A DNA stretch of 64,000 nucleotides. It comes from Alphaproteobacteria bacterium (GTDB lineage Bacteria; Pseudomonadota; Alphaproteobacteria; SP197). Under the pieces are notes generated by a model. That model searched no databases. It had not been told where the DNA came from and saw only the letters and a list, made by a program, of their open reading frames with translations. Each line of letters starts with the position of its first letter. Position 1 is the stretch's first letter. Below, piece by piece: positions 26,390-36,069 of the stretch. The stretch is taken from NCBI GenBank assembly GCA_965228895.1, contig OZ245842.1, positions 3,552,001 to 3,616,000 of the forward strand, in the 5' to 3' direction. A program made the translations under genes and the position numbers.

Positions 26390-27087
26390 GACTCATCCCA
26401 ATCGTCGTTGTCGTCGTCGTTGTCGTCGTCATCATCGTCCCCACTGCCGGCCACGACGACCGCATTGTTCCAGTTGATAGACAGCGTGCCTTCGAACACG
26501 GCAACGCGTTCGCCGGCAATGATTTGGTCCAGCAATCCATCGGAGATATCGCTGACCCGCCGAACGCTCAGCGCGTCGACCTGGACCTGACCGTCCAATC
26601 GGCCGATGAACTCAGCGACAAAACCCAGAATCTGCGTATCCGTCAGGCTGCGGATCTCCAGGCCGATTTCCGTTCTGGTCAGATGCAGATCGGTGCCGTC
26701 GTCACCCTTGATCTCCTCGACCAGTTCAGGCCGGAAGTCGTAACCCAGGAACACCAGTCCGTACTTCGGACCCAGTTCCTCCAGCAACTGTGCAGCGCGC
26801 AGACGGCTCTGCTCGGTCAGGAAGCCGGAAGCGACGATCGTCTCGTAACGCTCGCCCTGAGCCTGCACGACGGCGATCTCATCCTTCAGTTCGCCGATAC
26901 GCTCGTTGAACTCCTCGGTTTCCCATTCAAGGCTGCCGATCTCGATCAGCTTCTGCTGGTTCCGGGCCTCGATCTCGCTGGAATAGTGGACGACCGCGCC
27001 ACCGACGACGATCAGCACGATCATGGGGATGATCAGCCGCCGTGCGATGGCCTTCAGCACCTGCGGTGTCAGGTAATTGAGATTCAT
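26386..27087 (-). CDS. PilO/MshJ-like alignment protein
   Basis: TM, coiled coil, then a ferredoxin-like region; operon position; poly-Asp tail. Confidence 0.6.
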   Translation of the reverse strand: MNLNYLTPQVLKAIARRLIIPMIVLIVVGGAVVHYSSEIEARNQQKLIEIGSLEWETEEFNERIGELKDEIAVVQAQGERYETIVASGFLTEQSRLRAAQLLEELGPKYGLVFLGYDFRPELVEEIKGDDGTDLHLTRTEIGLEIRSLTDTQILGFVAEFIGRLDGQVQVDALSVRRVSDISDGLLDQIIAGERVAVFEGTLSINWNNAVVVAGSGDDDDDDNDDDNDDWDES

Positions 27088-28652
27088 GACGCCGCCTCGC
27101 TCTGCTCGACCGTCGGCAGGATGATACTGATGACGGCGGCGAACCCGGTCTCACCCTCACCATGCGGATCACCCAGGGCGACTTCGCCGATCAGGTTCTG
27201 GTTCGGCAGAATGTCGACCGGCGGGTCGGTCACGCGCACCTCGAAACCCGGCATGATCGCGGCCATGCGTTCGGCCAGCGCATTGGTCACGACAACGGCG
27301 TCTTCCATGTCGCCGATGGCGCTGTCCAGATGGACCGTCAAGGCCAGACGAATGTCGCGCAAGCCCGCCTCTTCTTCGACCGTCCAATCGACTTCATGCA
27401 CCACGACGTCCGGTCCCAGCGTCGGGCCGATCAACGCAAGAAACGGCATCGGCGACGGCGCGTTGGTCGAGAGCCGATCATAGGTCGCCACCGTGTCGGC
27501 GACCTCAGGCGCGGAAACCAGGAAACTCGCGGCAAGGTTGGCGGTCGCTTCCAGTTCGGCGTCGCGTTCCGTCGCCATCAGCGTGATGTCACGGTAGGTC
27601 CTGTCGATCTCCTGGGATTCGACATAGGCTTCCGATAGACCGAACGTAGCGTAGCCGACGACCAGCGCGATGAAGACATAGGCCGCGCGCGTGGTCAGCG
27701 CGCCCGCGCGTTTTTCGTAGAGCTCCTCGGGCAGCAGCGAGAGGACCGGGCGCCGCTTCTGGGCGAAGACGGCGCCGTGCAGGACCTCGCCATAGCTATC
27801 GGTGGCATCGGCGACACCCGCCAGCTTCAACCGCTCGGCCGCGTCATGGGTGGTCACCATGCGCAGATGCGACGGCGACATGCCGAGGTTGAGCAGTTCC
27901 TGACCGACCTCCAGCGTTCCCACGACGATGATGTCCAGGCCCTGGTCGTCGCTGTAGGACATACGCCGCAAGTAACCCATGCTCAGCTTGTATTCGCGCT
28001 CGATAGTCGCGGCGACTTCGCCGGGACTGGCGTCCTCCGGCAGGCTTTGCGTCAGACGCGTGAACACGAACTCGTCGCCACGAATGACGACCTGGCGGAA
28101 ACCGCCGGTGCGGTGGCGCGTCACCAGCATGACCCATTGCGGCCGGCTGCCGCGCCGATGAAACATGTTGGAGAGGTTGCGCGCCAGCGACACCGCTTCC
28201 AGCGGCAGCAGCGAGAAAGGCTTGACCGGGTTGGGCGCCTGGTTGATCCAGTCGATCCAGCCATCCAGCGCCGGTGATGCCGGCAACCCGGCCAAGAGGT
28301 ACCGGCGATCGCGCCGCTCGCCATCCTGACGGCCCAAATAGTGCGCGGCCTTGATCTTGGCTTCCGAAAACGCGGTGCTCAACCGGCGCTGCAGCATGCC
28401 GGCGGCGTCGAACATGGAGACCGGCGGGATCGACTCCTTGGCGAACGACTGTTCGAGCACGTCGATCAGCGGATAAAGCGGCGTCGAGGGCGAATCCGAC
28501 AGCATCTCGCGCATCTGCGCGCTGTCGCCGGGTTTGCTGGTCGGTGCAAAACACCGGTCGCGCACCCGCGAACCTGTGACGCGCAACAGCACCGCGCCTT
28601 CGTCGCCGATGATCAGGACGAACTTGTTGGACGTGCCGAACGAGAGGTTCAT
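27084..28652 (-). CDS. PilM-PilN-like (GspL/MshI-type) fusion
   Basis: About 350-aa cytoplasmic domain (GGFRQ...FTRL), single TM, periplasmic domain; follows pilC. Confidence 0.6.
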   Translation of the reverse strand: MNLSFGTSNKFVLIIGDEGAVLLRVTGSRVRDRCFAPTSKPGDSAQMREMLSDSPSTPLYPLIDVLEQSFAKESIPPVSMFDAAGMLQRRLSTAFSEAKIKAAHYLGRQDGERRDRRYLLAGLPASPALDGWIDWINQAPNPVKPFSLLPLEAVSLARNLSNMFHRRGSRPQWVMLVTRHRTGGFRQVVIRGDEFVFTRLTQSLPEDASPGEVAATIEREYKLSMGYLRRMSYSDDQGLDIIVVGTLEVGQELLNLGMSPSHLRMVTTHDAAERLKLAGVADATDSYGEVLHGAVFAQKRRPVLSLLPEELYEKRAGALTTRAAYVFIALVVGYATFGLSEAYVESQEIDRTYRDITLMATERDAELEATANLAASFLVSAPEVADTVATYDRLSTNAPSPMPFLALIGPTLGPDVVVHEVDWTVEEEAGLRDIRLALTVHLDSAIGDMEDAVVVTNALAERMAAIMPGFEVRVTDPPVDILPNQNLIGEVALGDPHGEGETGFAAVISIILPTVEQSEAAS

Positions 28653-28710
28653 GGCTGACCTGCCGACGTGAAGCGGGTTATTGGCGGCTGATGTTGCATC
28701 GGGCCCCGTC

Positions 28711-29922
28711 CTAGAAGCCCATGTTGCCGAAGTTGTCATAGATCGGGCCGAGGACACCCAGCACGACCCACAACACGACAGCGCCGATCGCGATGGTCAG
28801 CGCCGGTTCGATCGAGCTGATCATCGACGTCACGGCATTGTCGACCTCGCGGTCGTAGAAATAGCCGATGTTCTCCAAGGCATCGTTCAGTTTGCCCGAC
28901 TCCTCGCCGATCTTGAACATGCGCACGACCAGATGCGGAAACTGCCCGGTCGACTCGAGCGAGGCCGAGAGCGAGCTACCGCTCTGCACGTTCTGGCGCG
29001 CCATTTTGAGGGACTCCGCCAGCATCTTGTTGGCGACCACCCGACGGCCCGTATCGATGCAGTTCAAGACATCGATACCGCTTTGAAACGTCAACGCGAA
29101 GAAATGCGCGAAGCGCGCCAATGCCAGCTTCTTCAGCACCGGGCCAACGCCCGGAATGCGGAACTTCATGGCGTCGAACCAATAGGAGAAGCCGTCGAAG
29201 AACCGCAGCATGAACGTCACGATCAAAAACCCGATAACGGGCAAAGCAAGCACCACCCACCAATAGGCGGCGAAGAAGTTCGATGTCGCGATCAGCGCGC
29301 GTGTCATGAAAGGCAGCTCGCCGGATGTCGAAATCAGGAACTCCGACACCTGCGGCACGACAAACACCATCATCATAAAGATAACGCCCATGACCATGAT
29401 CATCATGAACAGGGGGTAACGCGTCGCCTTCTTGATCTTCGACGCCATCTCGCCCTGCCACTTCAGATGGTCGGCCAGATGGCCGAAGGCGTTCGACAGA
29501 TTGCCGCTCTGTTCGCCGGCGGCGACGACGCCGGTAAAGACGGCATTGAAGACGCGCGGATGCATCTCCAGCGCGCGGCTGAGGTACATGCCGTCGCTGA
29601 CGTTCTTGACGACTTCGGAAAGAATGTCCTGTAGGCGGCCAGAATCAGTCGCCTCCCGCACATCGTTCAGCGCATCCAGCAACGGCACGCCCGCACGGTC
29701 CAGCTGCTGTAGATGAATGCACAACTGCACCATGTCGTCGTTGGTGATCTTCTTCTGCAGAAAGGTCGTGACCTTGCTTTGACGTACTTCGCCATGACGG
29801 ATCAGGTCCAGGCCCATGACTCTCAGGTTCGATTCAAGGTCCATGACGTTGACCGCGTTCAACGTGCCGGAGACATTGCGGCCGCTTTGGTTCATGGCGC
29901 GGTACTTGTAGAGCGGCATCAA
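28711..29922 (-). CDS. pilC: T2SSF-family platform protein (PilC/MshG)
   Basis: AGVPLLDAL, AGEQSGNL, ATRYP, IGEESGKL, IEP. Confidence 0.93.
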   Translation of the reverse strand: MMPLYKYRAMNQSGRNVSGTLNAVNVMDLESNLRVMGLDLIRHGEVRQSKVTTFLQKKITNDDMVQLCIHLQQLDRAGVPLLDALNDVREATDSGRLQDILSEVVKNVSDGMYLSRALEMHPRVFNAVFTGVVAAGEQSGNLSNAFGHLADHLKWQGEMASKIKKATRYPLFMMIMVMGVIFMMMVFVVPQVSEFLISTSGELPFMTRALIATSNFFAAYWWVVLALPVIGFLIVTFMLRFFDGFSYWFDAMKFRIPGVGPVLKKLALARFAHFFALTFQSGIDVLNCIDTGRRVVANKMLAESLKMARQNVQSGSSLSASLESTGQFPHLVVRMFKIGEESGKLNDALENIGYFYDREVDNAVTSMISSIEPALTIAIGAVVLWVVLGVLGPIYDNFGNMGF

Positions 29923-32000
29923 AACAGCCTGTCGGTCATGTTGATGTGGCGCACCAGCTCGGCGATGCTGGTCTCGCCGGCAAGCACCTTCGCGACACCG
30001 TCATCGCCCATGGTCTTGAAGCCGTGCTTGCGCGCGCAAGACAGAAGCTCGACACGCGACGCCTGTTTGGCGACGAGCTCGTCCATCTCGTCGTTGAAAC
30101 CCAGAATTTCGACCGCCGCCACACGGCCCCGGTAACCCCGGTTGTCGCAGGCTTCGCAGCCGATGGGATGCCAGACTTCCGGTGCGTCGGCGGGGTCGAC
30201 ACCCAGCGCCTGGCATTCGTCTTCGCTTGCCGGGCGCGCTTCCTTGCAGGCATCGCACAGGCGGCGGACCAGACGTTGGGCCAGGATACCGATGACGTGG
30301 CCAGCCAGCATGGACGGGTTGAGTTTCAGATCGACCAAACGCGGAATGGCACCCAACGCGTCGTTGGTATGCAAGGTCGTATAGACCTGATGGCCGGTCA
30401 TCGCCGCGCGCAACGCCATGGTCGCGGTGTCTTCGTCGCGCACCTCGCCGATGAACACGATGTCCGGGTCCTGGCGCAGGATCGAGCGCACGCCTTCGCC
30501 GAACGACATGCCGGCGGCCTCGCGGATGTGGGACTGGCGGATCAGCGGCAGTTCGTACTCGACCGGGTCTTCGAGGGTCATGATGTTGACCTCGACCGAG
30601 TTGATCTTCTCCAGCATCGCGTAAAGCGTCGTCGTCTTACCGGAACCGGTCGGGCCGGTGATGACGATGATGCCTTCCGGGCGCTTCAAGAGCGTACCCA
30701 TGACCCGCGTGTTGTGCTGGCTGAAGCCAAGCTCCTCCAACGGCTTCAGCGACTTGTGCTTATCCAGTACGCGGATGACGATGTTCTCGCCATGCACGGT
30801 CGGGTGCGATGCGACACGGAAGTCGACCTCGCGCCCGCCGACCTGAATGCTCATGCGGCCATCCTGCGGGTTGCGCGTGTCGGCGATGTTCATGCCGGAA
30901 ATGATCTTGATGCGCACCGAGATCGCCGGCCAATAGTCCTTATGGAACGTGCGCACCTGGGTCAGGATGCCGTCGACGCGGTAGCGCAGGCGAACGAACA
31001 CGCCTTCCGGCTCGAAATGCATGTCGGACGCGCCGACCTTCACCGAGTCCATGATGATTGCGCTGACCAAGCGCACGGTCGGGTTGACGTAACCGTCCTC
31101 GGTCGTCAGGGCCTGAATGTCGACGACGCCGGTTTCGATCTCGCGCAGGATGCCGTCGATCGACATCTCGTAGCCATAGAGCCGGTCGATCGCTTCGACG
31201 AGATCCTGCTCGGAGGTGAGCAGCGGCAGGATTTCGATGTCGCGCGGGAAACAGCGGCGCAACTGATCAAGCGCCAGAACGTCATAGGGATCCGACATCG
31301 CCGCTTGCAGGACGTCATCGACCAGCGCGACCGGCAGCACGGCATGTTTCGACGCGATCTCCTTGGGCACCTGCTTGATCAGATCGGCATCGAACATCGC
31401 GGTCGCGGGATCGAACTGATCGAGGCCGGTGGATTCCGCCAGCACCGCCGACAGTGCCGACTGCGTGATGAAACCGAGTTCGACGAAGACTTCACCCAGC
31501 AGCTTGTCGCCGCGCATACGTTCGCGCATGGCGACATCAAGCTGGTCCTGGGAGATCAGGCCGAGTTCGCGCAGACGCTCGCCCAACCGCACTTGTTTGA
31601 CCTGGCGGGTCGCGGGCGCACCGGGGGGACGCGTGGGCTGGGCGGGCTCCTCCAACATCTGGGCCATGTCAGGCATAGGCGGGATCGCCGGCATTTCGGG
31701 CACAGGCGGCGTATCGTCGGAATCTGGCGGGGCTTCCGAGGCCTGGTCAGTCTTGGCCACATCGTTGGCGGCAGCGACGGTTTCGTTGCCATCGACGCGA
31801 ATGTCGAAACTTGGTTTTGGTGCGGCATCAGACGCGACGCCTGTATCCGACGGCGATCCCGATCGAACCGGCGGCGGCGGTGGTGGTGGCGCGCTCTGGC
31901 GTTTGGCCGCACCGGCGCCCTTGCCCATGTCAGCGGCGCCCAGATCCGCGGCCACGGCCAGCGGTTTACCTGGATTGCCCGGCTTGCCGAACACTGCCAT
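29919..32000 (-). CDS. pilB: Pilus assembly ATPase with MshEN domain (PilB/MshE)
   Basis: RLGERLRELGLI...LLGEVFVELGFI; ASDMHFEP; GPTGSGKTTT; LRQDPD; tetracysteine LCDAC/GCEAC. Confidence 0.93.
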   Translation of the reverse strand: MAVFGKPGNPGKPLAVAADLGAADMGKGAGAAKRQSAPPPPPPPVRSGSPSDTGVASDAAPKPSFDIRVDGNETVAAANDVAKTDQASEAPPDSDDTPPVPEMPAIPPMPDMAQMLEEPAQPTRPPGAPATRQVKQVRLGERLRELGLISQDQLDVAMRERMRGDKLLGEVFVELGFITQSALSAVLAESTGLDQFDPATAMFDADLIKQVPKEIASKHAVLPVALVDDVLQAAMSDPYDVLALDQLRRCFPRDIEILPLLTSEQDLVEAIDRLYGYEMSIDGILREIETGVVDIQALTTEDGYVNPTVRLVSAIIMDSVKVGASDMHFEPEGVFVRLRYRVDGILTQVRTFHKDYWPAISVRIKIISGMNIADTRNPQDGRMSIQVGGREVDFRVASHPTVHGENIVIRVLDKHKSLKPLEELGFSQHNTRVMGTLLKRPEGIIVITGPTGSGKTTTLYAMLEKINSVEVNIMTLEDPVEYELPLIRQSHIREAAGMSFGEGVRSILRQDPDIVFIGEVRDEDTATMALRAAMTGHQVYTTLHTNDALGAIPRLVDLKLNPSMLAGHVIGILAQRLVRRLCDACKEARPASEDECQALGVDPADAPEVWHPIGCEACDNRGYRGRVAAVEILGFNDEMDELVAKQASRVELLSCARKHGFKTMGDDGVAKVLAGETSIAELVRHINMTDRLF

Positions 32001-32300
32001 GCTTTACCTCACCGCGCCTGAAACACCCGGATGCCGTCGGTGGCCGACACCTCGGCACGCGACGACACGACGTCACCAGTTTCCCGTGGCGTTTTCAGGC
32101 GTCCCCAACTGCTTTCTTCCGGCGTATTTTAGTACACAAGCGGTCGGATTCATATTCCGATAACGCTTAACCCCACCTATAAAGCGTAATTATGTGAACT
32201 GTGTTTATGATGCACAATCAAACGGGTCTGTAGCGACCGTCACAACTACATTAGAGGTTCTCTTGATTTGATGGTAACAGTGATCGAGCAGCACAAACGC

Positions 32301-33059
32301 ATGATGACGTCTGTTTCAACACGAAAACCGTCCCAATCGACCGAAAAGGGCTTCACCCTGATCGAAATGGCGATTGTTATTGCCATTATCGGCGTTTTGG
32401 TCGCCATGCTGGCGCCGCTTCTGGGCAACATTGCCGAAAACAATCGCACCGAGCTGACCGTCCAGCGCATGGACCAAATCGAGAACGCGATGGTCGTTTT
32501 CCTGCGGCAGAACGGGCGTTTGCCATGTCCGGCCGCCCCCAACGGCTCTCCCTTGGGCGACGAGCGGGCCACCTGCGACACCGGCAACAACAATGACGGC
32601 ATCGTGCCGTTCCGTAGTCTCGGTCTGGCCGAAGCCGATGCGCGCGACGGCTACGGCAACTACTTCACCTATCACGTCGCCGAGGACTACGCTGACAGCA
32701 GTCTGCCGACGGTGCTGACCGACCCCGGTGGCTTCTGTTTTGTCGCCTCCGGCGAACCGGACGGCGATCTGGATGTCGAAGACATCTCCGGCACCGACGT
32801 GACCGGCCAGGACATCGCTATGGTTCTGATCAGCCACGGCAAGAACGGTTATGGCCGCTACAACCCGCCCGGCAACGGCAAGGTCGACGCCAATGGCGGC
32901 GGCACGTTCGAGGACGAAAACAACGATTCCGACGCCGACTTCGTCGACGGCATCCGCCTCACCGACGACGCGACCGACGGCCCGCTCGATGACACGGTGA
33001 TCTGGAAAACCCGCGACGGCCTGGCCGGCCAGGCGATCGAGTTCGGTTGTTCGCCGTAA
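32301..33059 (+). CDS. Second type IV pilin (minor pilin-like)
   Basis: G|FTLIEMAIVIAII; GRLPCPA, DGYGNYFTY, ISHGKNGYG. Confidence 0.88.
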   Translation: MMTSVSTRKPSQSTEKGFTLIEMAIVIAIIGVLVAMLAPLLGNIAENNRTELTVQRMDQIENAMVVFLRQNGRLPCPAAPNGSPLGDERATCDTGNNNDGIVPFRSLGLAEADARDGYGNYFTYHVAEDYADSSLPTVLTDPGGFCFVASGEPDGDLDVEDISGTDVTGQDIAMVLISHGKNGYGRYNPPGNGKVDANGGGTFEDENNDSDADFVDGIRLTDDATDGPLDDTVIWKTRDGLAGQAIEFGCSP

Positions 33060-33071
33060 CAGACGCCAGCG

Positions 33072-34484
33072 CTAGACCACGTTGCTTTCGTCGCTCCAGC
33101 TTTGCAGTTTGCGGTAGACGGTCGACGGGCTGATTTCCAGCAACGCCGCCGCGCGCGGCACATTGCCGTCGCTCAGACGCAAGGCGTCTTCGATGGTCTG
33201 CCGCTCGACTTCGTGCAGCGGCCGGATCGCGGCTCCGGTCAGGTCACCGGGTTCGCCATCCGCATTGCGCTGGCGCAGCGGGTCGTTGGCCGGCTGCGGC
33301 AGACCGGCCGAGCCATCCAGCGGCGGCGGCAGCATTTCGCGCGTCACCACTTCGCCGGTGTTCAAGACGACGACATTGCGGATGATGTTCTGCAGCTCCC
33401 TGACATTGCCCGGCCACGAATAGGCGCGGAACAGGTCGCGCACGCTGGCATCCAGCCGCACAAAGGGCTTGCTCTCCTGACGCGCAAACTCGCGCAGAAA
33501 ATTCTCGGCGATGTCGATCACGTCGTCGTCACGCCGGTTCAGCAGCGGCAGATGGATCGGAATGACATGCAGGCGGTAATAGAGGTCGGCGCGAAAGCGG
33601 CCACTCTCGACTTCCTTCAGCGGGTTGCGGTTGGTAGCGCAAACAAAACGCACATCGACGTGCTCGGACCGGCTGGAGCCGACCCGCTGGAAGCTGCCGG
33701 TCTGCACGAAACGCAACAGCTTGGCCTGAAGCGCCGGCGCCATGTCGCAGATTTCGTCCAGGAACAGCGTACCGCCGTCGCTCAAGGTCGCGGCGCCGTC
33801 ACGGCTGCTGACCGCGCCGGTGAACGCGCCTTTGACATGACCGAACAACTCGCTTTCCAAGAGATCGCGCGGGATCGCCGCGCAGTTGATCGCCATGAAC
33901 GGCCCCGACGCCCGCTCGCTCAAGTTGTGGATGGCCTCGGCACACAATTCCTTGCCCGTCCCGCTCTCGCCGGTGATGAAGATCGATGCCTGGCTGGGCG
34001 CGGCGCTTTGGATGGTCGCATAAACACTCTGCATTTCCATCGACGAACCGATGAAACCTGCGAACGCGCTGTGCCGCGTTTCTGTCGCCATCCCGTCGAC
34101 CAGACGCTGCAGTTCGCGCCGCTCCAGCGCATTGCGCAAGGTGACGATCAGGCGTTCCTGACTGAATGGCTTGACCAGGAAATCGTAAGCGCCGTCGCGC
34201 ATCGCTTCGACGGCGGCGCTGACCGACCCGTGGGCCGTGATGATCACGACAGGGCACGGCAACTGGCGCTGTTTGATCCAACGCAGGATCTCCAGCCCAT
34301 CGATATCGGGCAACCTGAGATCGAGAAGAACCGCGTCCGGGGCCTGTGCATCGATGGACGAAAAGGCCGCCTCGCCGGTTTCGACATGTTCGACAGTGAC
34401 AGGCTCAAAGCGCAAGTATTCCTTGTAGACACGCGCCAATGGCGGCGTGTCCTCGACCAAAAGCACTGTCGGCTGACGGTTCAT
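33072..34484 (-). CDS. Sigma-54-dependent response regulator, LuxO-like
   Basis: REC domain VEDT...LLDLRLPD; GESGTGKE; GAFTGA; WPGNVRELQN; Fis-type HTH SPSTVYRK. Confidence 0.92.
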   Translation of the reverse strand: MNRQPTVLLVEDTPPLARVYKEYLRFEPVTVEHVETGEAAFSSIDAQAPDAVLLDLRLPDIDGLEILRWIKQRQLPCPVVIITAHGSVSAAVEAMRDGAYDFLVKPFSQERLIVTLRNALERRELQRLVDGMATETRHSAFAGFIGSSMEMQSVYATIQSAAPSQASIFITGESGTGKELCAEAIHNLSERASGPFMAINCAAIPRDLLESELFGHVKGAFTGAVSSRDGAATLSDGGTLFLDEICDMAPALQAKLLRFVQTGSFQRVGSSRSEHVDVRFVCATNRNPLKEVESGRFRADLYYRLHVIPIHLPLLNRRDDDVIDIAENFLREFARQESKPFVRLDASVRDLFRAYSWPGNVRELQNIIRNVVVLNTGEVVTREMLPPPLDGSAGLPQPANDPLRQRNADGEPGDLTGAAIRPLHEVERQTIEDALRLSDGNVPRAAALLEISPSTVYRKLQSWSDESNVV

Positions 34485-34600
34485 CTCCCTCCTCGCGAAC
34501 CGTGGTCTCGCCACGTCTTAAACTAGAGCAGATTGGACGGGTGTTCAATCTTTCGGAACCCGCGTAGGGAGCCAGTAAACTCTACGTATCACCTACAATC

Positions 34601-35236
34601 ATGGATCTGGCGACGGGCATACATAGCGTGGCAACACCACCTGAGGACGTCGTCCAGCAGCAGTTTTCCTTGTCGTCTCAACGCTTTATCATGCTAGGCT
34701 TGGACGACGATGAACTCATGAAGCTGGCCGGCGAAGGTGACCGCGAAGCCTATGCCGGACTGGTCGAGCGCCACCTGGACCGCTGCGTAACAATTGCGCG
34801 GCGCAGCCTTGGTGGTGCCCAAAGCGAGGCCGAGGACGTCGCCCAGGATGCCATGATGCGTTTGTGGCGCCATGCGCCCCGTTGGGAATCAGGCCGCGCC
34901 CGGGTATCGACCTGGCTCTACCGTGTGGTCGTCAATCTTTGCATCGACCATGCGCGCAAGAACAAACGTTATGGTGGTGAAGTACCCGAAGAAACCGTCG
35001 ATGACGCGCCAAGCGCTTTCGACGGCCTGGCGGCCCAGGGTGTGTCCGATGCGGTGAAGGACGCCATTCAAGAGCTGCCCGAACGACAGAAAACAGCGCT
35101 CGTCCTATGCTTCTACGAAGGCATGAGCAACGCAGAAGCGGCGGGTGTGATGGATTTGACTGTAGGAGCGGTTGAGCAATTATTGGTCCGGGCCAGGCGT
35201 AGCCTGCGCGTCAGTTTGGCCGGCCTTCGCGAGTAA
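34601..35236 (+). CDS. ECF sigma factor
   Basis: AEDVAQD, TWLYRVVVNLCID, LPERQK, EGMSNAEAA; true start may be 34691. Confidence 0.92.
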   Translation: MDLATGIHSVATPPEDVVQQQFSLSSQRFIMLGLDDDELMKLAGEGDREAYAGLVERHLDRCVTIARRSLGGAQSEAEDVAQDAMMRLWRHAPRWESGRARVSTWLYRVVVNLCIDHARKNKRYGGEVPEETVDDAPSAFDGLAAQGVSDAVKDAIQELPERQKTALVLCFYEGMSNAEAAGVMDLTVGAVEQLLVRARRSLRVSLAGLRE

Positions 35237-35247
35237 CGGAAACAACA

Positions 35248-35547
35248 ATGAACGAGACAAACAACATCCATGGTCTGCTGAGCGAGCGAGAGCTTGACCG
35301 GGCGCTGAATGCCTGGAGGGTGGAAGGCGCCAGCGATGGCCTCGCGGCACGCATCGCCGCCGACATCGACACGATGGAGCAAACCGAAAGCCCGCGTATC
35401 GTTAGCCCGCTGCTCAAGACCGCCGCAGCCCTGCTGATCGCCGCCGGCCTGGGTATCTATGTCGGATTGATGGAAGACAACACCTCAACCGTCGACCTGA
35501 CCGACTTTGTGTTCGGCCTGCATGTCGAAGAAGGCCTGACGTTATGA
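35248..35547 (+). CDS. Putative single-TM anti-sigma factor
   Basis: Small TM protein between the ECF sigma factor and the periplasmic sensor. Confidence 0.65.
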   Translation: MNETNNIHGLLSERELDRALNAWRVEGASDGLAARIAADIDTMEQTESPRIVSPLLKTAAALLIAAGLGIYVGLMEDNTSTVDLTDFVFGLHVEEGLTL

Positions 35548-35984
35548 ACGGTCTGGGGCGATGGACAAAGGTCCTGGGCGTCATGCTTGTCGTGTCGCTA
35601 GCAATCAACTTCTTCCTGGTCGGCTGGATGGGCGCGCGCTGGGTCTATGACCAGCACATGGGCCCGAAGTTCTCGGTCACGCGACTGGTGCGCGACCTGC
35701 CCGATGAGCAGCGCGAGGCCGTTCTGGCGGTTTTCGAGAACAACCGCGACAGCATTCATGCAGCCATGGAAAACTTGCGCGATGCCCGTCACGAGTTGTC
35801 GGATGTCATGCTGGCGGAACCGTTCGACCCTGTCGCCGCAGAGCGCGCACTTGCGGCGCTCAGGCAGGAAAGCACCGTCATGCAGGAGACCATGCACGCC
35901 GCACTCCTGGCGGTCGCGGTCAACCTGCCGCCGGAATCCCGCGTCGATCTCGGCCGTTTCGCCTCCATGTCACGCATGCGCTGA
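35544..35984 (+). CDS. Periplasmic heavy-metal sensor (CnrX/ZraP/CpxP-like)
   Basis: SLAINFFLVG TM; helical hairpin AEPFD...LPPE; ATGA overlap. Confidence 0.8.
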   Translation: MNGLGRWTKVLGVMLVVSLAINFFLVGWMGARWVYDQHMGPKFSVTRLVRDLPDEQREAVLAVFENNRDSIHAAMENLRDARHELSDVMLAEPFDPVAAERALAALRQESTVMQETMHAALLAVAVNLPPESRVDLGRFASMSRMR

Positions 35985-36069
35985 GCGCATCCGGTTAGTA
36001 CGCGCGCCCGCGACTGGCCCTCGCGCCAGCGTTGAAACTCGCTAAAGGCGGACCGCAATAGCAGCTCCG

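Noticed and set aside
32167-32181. CtrA box (TTAA-N7-TATA)
   Set aside because: Second half-site mismatched in an AT-rich region; insufficient support.
14605-33059. Type II secretion system
   Set aside because: PilT present, MshEN-type ATPase, and no GspG-K pseudopilin set or GspC.
34485-34600. Qrr-like sRNA beside the LuxO-like gene
   Set aside because: Short gap, no -24/-12 promoter or terminator.
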